From Vicinamibacterales bacterium (GTDB taxonomy: Bacteria; Acidobacteriota; Vicinamibacteria; Vicinamibacterales; 2-12-FULL-66-21): a stretch of 64,000 bases of DNA. Below are positions 7,552 to 15,932 of this stretch, in pieces (the first letter of the stretch is position 1; each line of letters begins with the position of its first letter). The DNA is taken from the NCBI GenBank assembly GCA_036496585.1, contig DASXLB010000033.1, positions 1,014 through 65,013 of the forward strand, given 5' to 3'. A program made the translations under genes and the position numbers. The notes beneath the pieces are model-generated. The model was given only the letters and a program-made list of their open reading frames with translations, was not told the DNA's origin and did not search any database.

Positions 7552-10500
7552 ATCTTCAGGGTTGCGGCGAGCAGCCCGAGCTGTCCCTTCACGTTCTGGA
7601 AATGCCCCGCCACGATGAGCGCCAGCTCCTTGACCGCCGGTGGCACGTCGACGACCACGCGGATGCGCGTCGACGCGCCAGCGTCGAGATCGCCCACCTT
7701 GAGCGGCAGCGAAGGCTGCAGGAGCCTTACGATGCCGAGCCCCTTCAGCGGGATCGGCAGCGCCAGATCGAGGAATACGTTCCTGGCGTTCCCGTCGCCG
7801 TCATTGACGAGGATCAGATCGATGTACTTGCGCGTGCCGGAGACGGTGCCTTCTCCGGCCACGCGCACGTCCACGTCAGGCCTGCCCACGATCACCGTGA
7901 CGGTGGAAGTGGCGCTGCCGACGTTGCCGGCTGCGTCCCGGAACCGGAAGGTGACCGTTGTCGTGCCGAGCGGAAGAACCGTGGACGCCGCGATCGGATT
8001 GCCGTTCACCAGCGGGGCGAGACGTGTCGGCGCGGCGTCGAGGTTGTCGGTCGCGCTGCCGCCGGCCAGGAAGGCGGCGAGCGCCGGAGAGTCGGCGCCA
8101 CTCGCGCCCGATGCGGTCGTGGCCGGAACGGTGATCGCCGGCGGCGCCGTGACGATCGGCGGCTGCGTATCGCTCCGCTTCGCGACCACGAACGGCGACA
8201 GCGAGAAGACCCGGCCGCACACACCGACGCCGGGCGTCGCACAGGCGATCGTCACCTCCCGCCATCCCGTCCCGTCGTCGTGCAGCATGACGGCATCGGC
8301 GGGGAACGTTCCGCCGATCAGGATGTCGATCGCGGTGCTCGGCGGCATCAGCGCCGTCGTCACCACGTCGTAGACCGGCGAGAGCGCGACGTAGCTGCCG
8401 AGCGGCCGTGACGCCTGGACGATGTCCGCCGTCGCGAGGCCCGCCTGCAGAATCGCGCTGATACTCAGCGCCACCGGCGTCGCATTGCCGGCGCTGTCGA
8501 CCAACGGCAGCAGCACGCCCGGCCGCGTGATGCTGGTGCCGAAGCTGTTGACGACCGTCACGCTCGCCACCTCGGATCCGATGTTGCCCGCCGCGTCGCG
8601 ATAGCGGAACGTGACGAGGGTGAGGCCGACCGGGAAGAGCGTCGTGTCGGTCGCGACGGTGCCGTCGGACAGCGTCGGATCCAGTCGCGCCGGCGCCGGG
8701 TCGGTATCGTCGGTTGCCGAACCGCCGAGCAGGAACACGTGGATCAGGTTCGAAGCGCCCGAGTCAGGCACGTCGCCGCGGGCACCACCCGCTTCGGTCA
8801 GGTGCACCGAGATGTTGGCTGGCAGCGTGACGACCGGGGGAATGGTGTCGGGCACGGTGGCGGCGACCGTATCGGTGACCGTGATCGCTTCCTGGAGATC
8901 GACGTCAGGGTTGGTAATCGTGTCGGTCACGTGGATGGTCTCGGCAATCAACACGTCGGGGTTGATCGTCACCGATGCCGAGTTGTTGCCGGGGCTCGGG
9001 TCCGCGTTCGCGCTCGCCGCCGTGAACACGGCCGTCAGCGGACCGAGCGCGGTCGGCGTCAGTGTGACGGTGAAGTCGCTCGTTCCGCGCACGTGGAAGT
9101 CGGTCACCGCGCAGGTCAGTACGTTCGCGGCGACCGAACACGCGCCCTGCGGGGAGGCCGAGTTGAACTGCAGCCCTGTCGGGACGCTGAGCTGCACCGC
9201 CGCTGTCGCCGCGGCGAACGGCCCGTGATTGGTCAGCTCGACCGCGAAATCGAGCGGCACGCCGGCGTGCGCGCCGGCGTCGGGATTGGCCAGCGCCGCG
9301 GTGAGGACGAGGTCGGTTATCGGCTGCACGATTGCCGTCGCGGTGTCCTGGGTCTGATTGAGCAGATCGCGGACCGTCAACGTCAGAGTGTGCATACCCG
9401 CGGAGAGCAGTATGTCGGCCGCGGCGGAGGTCGCGAGCGTGACCCCGTTTTCGGACCATGTGAACGTCAGCGGATCGTTGTCGGCGTCGGAGCCGATCCC
9501 TGCGACGTGGACGACGCCGCCGTCGGCGCTCGTCGCCAGAGCCGAGTACGGGCCACCGGCGATCGCCACCGGCGGTGTATTGACCTGGAAGCTTCCTTCC
9601 GCGTGATTGTTCGCCATCGCGGGATCGGGGACCGCCGACGAGACGTCGAACCGCGCCCTCGCGGTTGCGCCGGCCGTGAGGCCGCGGAGCGACACGACCA
9701 GCCGCGCGGCGCCTCCCGATGCGAGCGTTCCGGCGTCGCATGAGACCTGGGCTGGATGGAGCGTCGCCGGGAACTGGCAGCTGCCCAGACGATCGTCCAC
9801 GGCGGCGATTTCGAGCGCCGGATCCACCGAGATCGTCACGGTCGTGCCGGCCGCATCGTCTGGTCCGAGATTACGGATGATCAGTGTGGCGTCTGCGGTG
9901 CCGTTCAGCGGGACGCGCGTCGGCGCCGACGCGAACAGCTGTACGTCGGCCGACTGCGGCGCCTGGACGGCCCCCACATGGCGGACCTCATTCAGCAACC
10001 CAGTCACAAAGAAGAACCCGCCGGTGCCGTCGGGCAGCACGTCGATGACCCGCACCGCCGCCGCCGACAGGCCGAAGCCTTCTCCTTGCAGGTAGTAGCC
10101 TTGTCCGGCGTTCTGCCCCGCAACCGTCGCGGTGGGGTTGAAACCGGCGACCGTCGTGATGATCTCGTCGGCGTCGAGCCCGGTGACGACGTGGTCGGCG
10201 CCGGCGGCGATCCGTCTGATGCGCGGATCGGAGTTGTCGCCGACGAGGACATCGCCATTGGCCGCGACGGCGATGCTCTCGATCGTCTGGAACGTCGCGG
10301 CCGCTACCGGGCCGCCGTCGCCGCCATACGGCAGCGGAACGCAGGTCGTCAGCGCGCACGTGTTGATGACCGAGATCTGGCTGCTGTCGTCGAGCGTGCG
10401 GTTGGCGCCGGCCGAGATCCGCAGCAGCTGCGAGCTCTGCGCCGCCACGTAGACGTCGCCATTGGGGGCCACGGCGATTCTCGCCGCGGTGCCGAACCCG

Positions 10501-13500
10501 CTCTGCAACGCCGGCCCTGGAATGATTGTCGAGGTGCCGTTGCCGGCGACAGATGCGATCACGCCGGCGGCGTCGATCCGCCGGATCCGTCCCGTGAACT
10601 CCGACACCAGCAGGCCGCCCGCCGCATCGAATGCGAGGGCGACCGATCCGTTCAGGCTGGCGGCTGTCGCCGGTCCGCCGTCGCCGCGGGTCCGGCAGAA
10701 TCCGTCGCCTGCGATGTTGGTGATGATCCCGTCGGTGCCGATCCTGCGCACCTGACAGAACTCGGCGACGTACAGATTTCCTGTCGCGTCGAGTGCGATC
10801 TGGTGTGGATTGGTGAGATGCACGCTCGTCGCCGGCACGCCGGACGGCGACGGAATGCCGAACGAACCATCGGTATCGACCTGAAACGTGCCGATCACGT
10901 CGTCGCCGGCAACGTGCGCAATCGCTCCGGTCGTGAGATTCACCCGATTCAGGGCCCCGTACGTCGTGATGTAGAGCGACCCGCCTGCCGTGTCGATCGC
11001 GGTGCCGCCAAACAGCCCGAGATCCAGGCCTGTGCCCGGATCATGCGGACCGGCGATGGTCGTCGCCACGTTCCAGGCGGCCGCCTGCGTCATCAGCGCG
11101 AACGTTCCGTCGAGGGTCGCCGTCTGTCCGCAGAACGTCGCGCCGGTCGACGCGCCGCTGATGTCGTGCCACGCCGTGCCGTCGTGGAAGTAGAGACGCA
11201 GCGACGCGCGGTCGCCAAGACTCATGCCGGTCGTGTCGAGGCAGAGCGTGTAGGGTCCGGCGCCCGGAACCGTGGTGTGCAGCTCGTAGTAGTAAGGCGG
11301 ACTCGGCATCTGCAGGCCGTCGGGGACGGCTGGCGTGCCGATGTTCGTCCGGATGTTCATCGTGGTGACGCCGCCGCCTGCGGCGTTCTCGATCGTCAAC
11401 GTCGCCGGCGGAGCGAATTCGGGCAGCGGCTCGCCGAGGTCGAGGAGTACTGCCGGGTGCACGACGACCGTCCCGGTGCCGGCGGTGACGGCGCCCACGA
11501 CCGTGACATTCGCGGACGCCGACGCCGAGCCGCCGCGCCCGTCCGACACGGTCACCGTGACGGTCGACGCGCCGATCGGGAAAGGCACGGGAGCGCTGTA
11601 GAGGCCGCTCGATCCGGGCGTCCCCGAAACCGGTCCAAGCGGGCCCGTAAAGGTGACCGTCAGAGGATCGTTGTCGGGATCGTTGGCCTGGGCGAACAGG
11701 TACACCGTCGCGCCGGCGGGACTGTCGGCGCCGCGTTCGACCGGCGACAGATCCTGCAGCGTCGGCGGATGGTTGACACCTCGAACGCCGTCGATCTTCA
11801 TCAGGAGCAAATCGTCGCCACCGGCCGGCGCGGTTTGAAACGCACCGGCGGTCGCTCGATCGCTGTTGCTCGTGACCTCGACCGCGAGGACGGCGTCCGG
11901 CGTCAGCGAGACGGCGTGCGGATCGCGCGACGCGGTGCCGTCGAGCAGCGTGGAGAACAGAATGGAAGACAGGTCGGGAGCGAAGGTCGTCAGAAATGGC
12001 AGCGGCTGCGATGCGCTGGGCGTCGCGTCGAGGAGTCCTGAGACGCTCGGAAACGGAGCCGACGCCCACATGCCGGCGATCGACACCGACGCGTCGCTCG
12101 CCAGGGCGAGGCGCGGCGGCATCCCCCGGAAGGCCTGCCCGGTCGCGAGGGCCGTGTTCACGAGCAGCTGATCCGAACCCGACTGCGAGAGATCGAACCG
12201 CGCGAGGAAGTACGCGCCGCCGCTGCCGTCGAGCGGTCCCGACGGGCCTGGCAGGTCCGGGCTCGTCGTTTCGCCCACGACGGTGACCCGGCCTTGCGCG
12301 TCCACGGCGATGCCGTCGATTGCGTCGAAACCGCTGCCGCCGAAGTAGCTGCCAGAGGTGAGCGACGCGGGGCCCGAGTTGGTGGTGTCGATCGCCATCA
12401 GGAATGCGTCGTTGCAGCCGACGGCGGTGGCGTCCGTCGTGCAGGCCGCCGAGTAGGCCGAGGAAGTCGTCGGCAGCAGCCGCGAAGTGGTGCGTCCGCC
12501 CACGTATGCGTGCCCGTTGCCGTCTACCGCGAGCGCCATCGCCGCGGGATCGGCGTCGGGCAGATTCGTCAGGAACGTCCCGTACTGCAGGTGTCCGAGG
12601 GAGTCGTATTTCACGAGCACCGACTCGGACTGCCCGAGGCTGAAGAAATTGTCCTGCGTCACGCAGCGGCCGCTGCTCGGCGTCGTTCGGAAGCCGCCCG
12701 GGTAGGGATACGGCGAGGGCGTCTGCACGCGGCCGTTGAAGCACGCGCCGACGACGTAGATGTAGCCGCTGGCGTCGGCCGCCACCGACTGGACCGGACG
12801 AAATCCTTCGAGCGCCGTCAGCAGCACCGACGACGACTTGACGGGCGCGACGCTGTCGTCGAGGGTGCGCAGCGTCTTGACGAACGTGCCGTCGACGCTC
12901 TGAAAGACCGTGTGGACGAGTCCCGTCGGGGCGAGCGCCATCGCGTCGCAGAGCACCGGACTGCCGGTCACGCTCGCCGAATCGAGATAGACGACTGAGT
13001 ACAGGAGATTGCTGCCGGTGGCATCGAACTTCGACACGAAACAGTACTCGGGCACGCCGGTCAGGCGCCCCACGGCCGACGTGGTCGGAAAGTCGAGCCT
13101 GTCGGTCGTCGCGCCGAACACGTAGGCGTCGCCTGCGGCGTCGGCGGCAATCGACACGATGCGTTCGTTACCCGGGGATCCGAGATAGGTCGCGTACTCG
13201 ATGGTCGGATCGATGACGAGCGGCCGCGATCGGTCGTAGCCGCCGACGTGGAACCCGACCTGCCCGTCGCGCAGCACGAAGCCGCCGCGCACCGGCCGGC
13301 GGGCGCCGCCGGCATCCTGATAGATGAACGGGCGCTTCAGCCGCACGGTCGCTCCGTCGATGGCTATGACGAGCTCTCCGCTGCGAGCCACACTGACGGT
13401 GTCGGCGCCGCCGAATGACAGCGCGATGGCGGCCGGATCGCCGCCCGGCGCGACCTCGAAGTCGAACTGGATGCGGTCGCGGTCACCATGAAAGACCGCG

Positions 13501-13937
13501 GCGATACCGGGATACAGCCCGTCGTACCTGGCGCGCTCGAAGTGCGCCGCCGACAGCAGTTCGCCGGTGCCTCGCTGCGCGAAGTAGGTCGTCGCCGTCC
13601 TCGGCTGGTCGCCCCGGACGGTGGCCGAGCCGCTCGCCCCGGCGAAGGCGAGCGTCAGCGGATGCGAGACGCCGTTCAGCGCGAGCGTCGCCGAATGCTC
13701 GCCGAGAAACATCGTGTACCCCGGAGCTCTCGCCAACAGTCGGACCTGCGGGTCCGTCTCGCCGGCGTTGGCCTCGAACGCCACGGCCGGGCGCGGCCTC
13801 CCGATCCGCTCGTTGGCTCGCGACTGGACGCGGGATCCGGCGGCCAGCGGCGCGATGAACGTGACTGCGCCGGCCAGCGCGGTCACCGCCGCCCCGCGGA
13901 TACGCCTGCGACTCCGCTCCGATGATGCCGGCACCAT
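7542..13937 (-). CDS. giant secreted multi-domain surface protein (SBBP-type beta-propeller repeats, PKD/cadherin-like, NHL repeats, DUF11, 2x HYR, CARDB-like C-terminus)
   Basis: 2131-aa ORF with an N-terminal signal-like segment (RRRIRGAAVTALAGAVTFIAPLAAG). SBBP-like repeats include AYVFGATTDRLDFPTT, HAYVGGRTTSRLLPTTSSAY and RVTVVGETTSPDLPG. NHL-like repeats include LYVAEFCQVRRIGTDGIITNIAGDG. DUF11-like segments include LIIRNLGPDDAAGTTV and VELTNHGPFAAATAAV. There are two HYR-like modules (...VTFRYRDAAGNIGSEVASVTV and ...VTFRFRDAAGNVGSATSTVTV). Confidence 0.85.
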   Translation of the reverse strand: MVPASSERSRRRIRGAAVTALAGAVTFIAPLAAGSRVQSRANERIGRPRPAVAFEANAGETDPQVRLLARAPGYTMFLGEHSATLALNGVSHPLTLAFAGASGSATVRGDQPRTATTYFAQRGTGELLSAAHFERARYDGLYPGIAAVFHGDRDRIQFDFEVAPGGDPAAIALSFGGADTVSVARSGELVIAIDGATVRLKRPFIYQDAGGARRPVRGGFVLRDGQVGFHVGGYDRSRPLVIDPTIEYATYLGSPGNERIVSIAADAAGDAYVFGATTDRLDFPTTSAVGRLTGVPEYCFVSKFDATGSNLLYSVVYLDSASVTGSPVLCDAMALAPTGLVHTVFQSVDGTFVKTLRTLDDSVAPVKSSSVLLTALEGFRPVQSVAADASGYIYVVGACFNGRVQTPSPYPYPGGFRTTPSSGRCVTQDNFFSLGQSESVLVKYDSLGHLQYGTFLTNLPDADPAAMALAVDGNGHAYVGGRTTSRLLPTTSSAYSAACTTDATAVGCNDAFLMAIDTTNSGPASLTSGSYFGGSGFDAIDGIAVDAQGRVTVVGETTSPDLPGPSGPLDGSGGAYFLARFDLSQSGSDQLLVNTALATGQAFRGMPPRLALASDASVSIAGMWASAPFPSVSGLLDATPSASQPLPFLTTFAPDLSSILFSTLLDGTASRDPHAVSLTPDAVLAVEVTSNSDRATAGAFQTAPAGGDDLLLMKIDGVRGVNHPPTLQDLSPVERGADSPAGATVYLFAQANDPDNDPLTVTFTGPLGPVSGTPGSSGLYSAPVPFPIGASTVTVTVSDGRGGSASASANVTVVGAVTAGTGTVVVHPAVLLDLGEPLPEFAPPATLTIENAAGGGVTTMNIRTNIGTPAVPDGLQMPSPPYYYELHTTVPGAGPYTLCLDTTGMSLGDRASLRLYFHDGTAWHDISGASTGATFCGQTATLDGTFALMTQAAAWNVATTIAGPHDPGTGLDLGLFGGTAIDTAGGSLYITTYGALNRVNLTTGAIAHVAGDDVIGTFQVDTDGSFGIPSPSGVPATSVHLTNPHQIALDATGNLYVAEFCQVRRIGTDGIITNIAGDGFCRTRGDGGPATAASLNGSVALAFDAAGGLLVSEFTGRIRRIDAAGVIASVAGNGTSTIIPGPALQSGFGTAARIAVAPNGDVYVAAQSSQLLRISAGANRTLDDSSQISVINTCALTTCVPLPYGGDGGPVAAATFQTIESIAVAANGDVLVGDNSDPRIRRIAAGADHVVTGLDADEIITTVAGFNPTATVAGQNAGQGYYLQGEGFGLSAAAVRVIDVLPDGTGGFFFVTGLLNEVRHVGAVQAPQSADVQLFASAPTRVPLNGTADATLIIRNLGPDDAAGTTVTISVDPALEIAAVDDRLGSCQFPATLHPAQVSCDAGTLASGGAARLVVSLRGLTAGATARARFDVSSAVPDPAMANNHAEGSFQVNTPPVAIAGGPYSALATSADGGVVHVAGIGSDADNDPLTFTWSENGVTLATSAAADILLSAGMHTLTLTVRDLLNQTQDTATAIVQPITDLVLTAALANPDAGAHAGVPLDFAVELTNHGPFAAATAAVQLSVPTGLQFNSASPQGACSVAANVLTCAVTDFHVRGTSDFTVTLTPTALGPLTAVFTAASANADPSPGNNSASVTINPDVLIAETIHVTDTITNPDVDLQEAITVTDTVAATVPDTIPPVVTLPANISVHLTEAGGARGDVPDSGASNLIHVFLLGGSATDDTDPAPARLDPTLSDGTVATDTTLFPVGLTLVTFRYRDAAGNIGSEVASVTVVNSFGTSITRPGVLLPLVDSAGNATPVALSISAILQAGLATADIVQASRPLGSYVALSPVYDVVTTALMPPSTAIDILIGGTFPADAVMLHDDGTGWREVTIACATPGVGVCGRVFSLSPFVVAKRSDTQPPIVTAPPAITVPATTASGASGADSPALAAFLAGGSATDNLDAAPTRLAPLVNGNPIAASTVLPLGTTTVTFRFRDAAGNVGSATSTVTVIVGRPDVDVRVAGEGTVSGTRKYIDLILVNDGDGNARNVFLDLALPIPLKGLGIVRLLQPSLPLKVGDLDAGASTRIRVVVDVPPAVKELALIVAGHFQNVKGQLGLLAATLKITP

Positions 13938-13949
13938 GGATTCCTCGCG

Positions 13950-14567
13950 CTAGGAAAAGCTGAACGTGACGATCACGTTGATGATCTGGTTGGGCGTCAC
14001 CGCGACGCGCGCGATTGCGTGCGACGTGAACAGGGTGCTGAAGAGCGTCTGCGGTGTCTTGCCCGGCAGCAGGACGTCTATGCCCGTCCCGACGAGGCTG
14101 AAATACGAGACCGCCGCCGGATTGCTGACGACCGCGTATCCGCTGAGCTGCAGCGTACCGGTCGGGGTGCCTGTCGCCGCATCGAGCGGCAGCGTCAACT
14201 GCAGGTTCGGATAGGCATCCTTGCCCGATCCGCGTTCCGGCGTGTTGATCGCGCAGCCGTTCACGCCGAAGTCGTTGACGCAGGGAGACTGTCCGCCGAC
14301 GGTATCGACGAGATAAATGTACCAGTTGGAAACGGTCGCCTTGGCGAGGATCGCAGCGAGCAGCTCCTGCCCATGGGCCGCGAGGCTGTTCTCGAATTCC
14401 TGGCGCGACGCGAGCGAGCCGTCACCGTTGTGGACCTCGATCACCCAGTGGCCATGAACCTTGATGTCCTCGCTGGGGCCCTTCGCCGGCGAAGTTTGCG
14501 CGAGCACCGGCAGGCTGCAGAGAAGCACCGCCGGCACCGCGCCGATCAGCGCGCGCGTGATGGTCAC
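13950..14567 (-). CDS. secreted protein of unknown family (paralog 1)
   Basis: 205 aa with signal peptide ALIGAVPAVLLCSLPVLAQ. It shares long identical blocks with the next gene (DIKVHGHWVIE, GTLQLSG, VTFSFS C-terminus). It ends 12 nt upstream of the giant gene. Confidence 0.75.
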   Translation of the reverse strand: MTITRALIGAVPAVLLCSLPVLAQTSPAKGPSEDIKVHGHWVIEVHNGDGSLASRQEFENSLAAHGQELLAAILAKATVSNWYIYLVDTVGGQSPCVNDFGVNGCAINTPERGSGKDAYPNLQLTLPLDAATGTPTGTLQLSGYAVVSNPAAVSYFSLVGTGIDVLLPGKTPQTLFSTLFTSHAIARVAVTPNQIINVIVTFSFS

Positions 14568-14595
14568 GAGATACTCCTGACGCCAATCGTCCTGC

Positions 14596-15198
14596 TCAGG
14601 ACGAGAAGCTGAAGGTCACGACGACGTTGATGGTTTGATTCAGTTTCACGGTCACCTGGGGCAGCGTGTGCGAGGTGAAGGACGCAAAGTACGTGGTGTT
14701 GTCGGGGCGGCGCAGCGTGGCGCGCGTCGAGACAAAATTTATGGAGGTCGCGGCAGGATTGGTGACGAGCACGTGCCCGGTCAGCTGCAGGGTCCCGGCC
14801 GGCTCCTGCGATGCCGCGTCGATCGGGACGTAGGTCTGAAGGCTCAAGCTGGATTGACTGTTCTCCGGGTTCCCGGAGTTTGGTTCTTCGATGAAGCACG
14901 GCACGACCGCGGCGACACTGTCCACGCACGGTGCGGGTGAACCGGAGATCTGGATGTCCCAGAACTGCACGGTCGCCTTCCCCAGAATCAGCGACAGGAT
15001 GCCTGGGCCGCGGCTGGTGAGCGCATTGTTGAACTCGTGCCGCGATTCGAGCGACCCGTCCGGATTGCGGATCTCGATCACCCAGTGGCCGTGAACCTTG
15101 ATGTCCTGGTGGGCGCCGCCGCTGTTCTGGGCCCACACGGGGCTGGCGGTCATGAGTACGGCCGCGACCACGGCCTGCCACGGTGTGACTTTCCACAT
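14596..15198 (-). CDS. secreted protein of unknown family (paralog 2)
   Basis: ATG at 15198 is preceded by GGAGGG. Signal peptide MWKVTPWQAVVAAVLMTASPVWAQ. It has the same blocks as paralog 1 (DIKVHGHWVIE, GTLQLTG, VTFSFSS) and a conserved Cys pair. The longer ORF-track start (15324) would run into the divergent sigma gene. Confidence 0.75.
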   Translation of the reverse strand: MWKVTPWQAVVAAVLMTASPVWAQNSGGAHQDIKVHGHWVIEIRNPDGSLESRHEFNNALTSRGPGILSLILGKATVQFWDIQISGSPAPCVDSVAAVVPCFIEEPNSGNPENSQSSLSLQTYVPIDAASQEPAGTLQLTGHVLVTNPAATSINFVSTRATLRRPDNTTYFASFTSHTLPQVTVKLNQTINVVVTFSFSS

Positions 15199-15271
15199 CA
15201 CTGCGTCCCTCCGTCTTCCGGGTGAAGCTCGCGTAGTTACGCGCGTTTGCCGGAAAAGCGGCTCAGCGGGT

Positions 15272-15886
15272 ATGCTCGACCCCGTACCAGGCATGCCCGA
15301 GGGCCAGGACGGAACTGACGTCACGCGGCTGCTCCAGGAATGGCGGGACGGCCGTCAGGATGCCCTGGACCGTCTAATGCCGCTCGTCTACAACGAGCTC
15401 CACCTGATCGCCTCGCGGCACATGGCCCGCGAATGGCGGGGAGGGGCGCTGCAGACCACCGCGCTGGTCAGCGAGGCCTTCCTCAAACTGGTGGGCCAGC
15501 GCGATGTCGACTGGCAGAACCGGGCGCATTTCTTTGCCATCGCCGCCACGGTGATGCGGCGGGTCCTCGTCGACAACGCCCGCCGCGAACTGCGTCCCAA
15601 GCACGGCGGCGGCGCCGTCGCGGTGTCGGTCGACGATGCGCCCCCCCTGGCCCAGGCGGTGAGCCTGGACGCTGTCGACGCACTGGCGCTGGATACGGCG
15701 CTGAAGAAGCTGGAAGTGTTGGACCCCCCCCAGGCTCGCATCGTCGAGCTGCGTTTCTTCGGCGGCCTCACGGTCGAGGAGACGGCGGAAGTGGTCGGCG
15801 CTTCGCCCGCGACCGTGAAACGCGAGTGGGCGCTCGCCAAAGGCTGGCTGTACCGCGAGCTGACCGGCGCGTCGGGAGCGCGCTGA
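15272..15886 (+). CDS. ECF sigma factor, Sigma70_ECF / TIGR02999-like (ECF43-like, kinase-associated type)
   Basis: DVTRLLQEWRDGRQDALDRLMPLVYNELHLIA, VDWQNRAHFFAIAATVMRRVLVD, and IVELRFFGGLTVEETAEVVGASPATVKREW. The start is ATG at 15272 or 15293. Confidence 0.85.
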   Translation: MLDPVPGMPEGQDGTDVTRLLQEWRDGRQDALDRLMPLVYNELHLIASRHMAREWRGGALQTTALVSEAFLKLVGQRDVDWQNRAHFFAIAATVMRRVLVDNARRELRPKHGGGAVAVSVDDAPPLAQAVSLDAVDALALDTALKKLEVLDPPQARIVELRFFGGLTVEETAEVVGASPATVKREWALAKGWLYRELTGASGAR

Positions 15887-15932
15887 GCCGGATCGGTGCG
15901 ATTCCGCGCGTAAGGGACGAAGGCGCCGCGCG

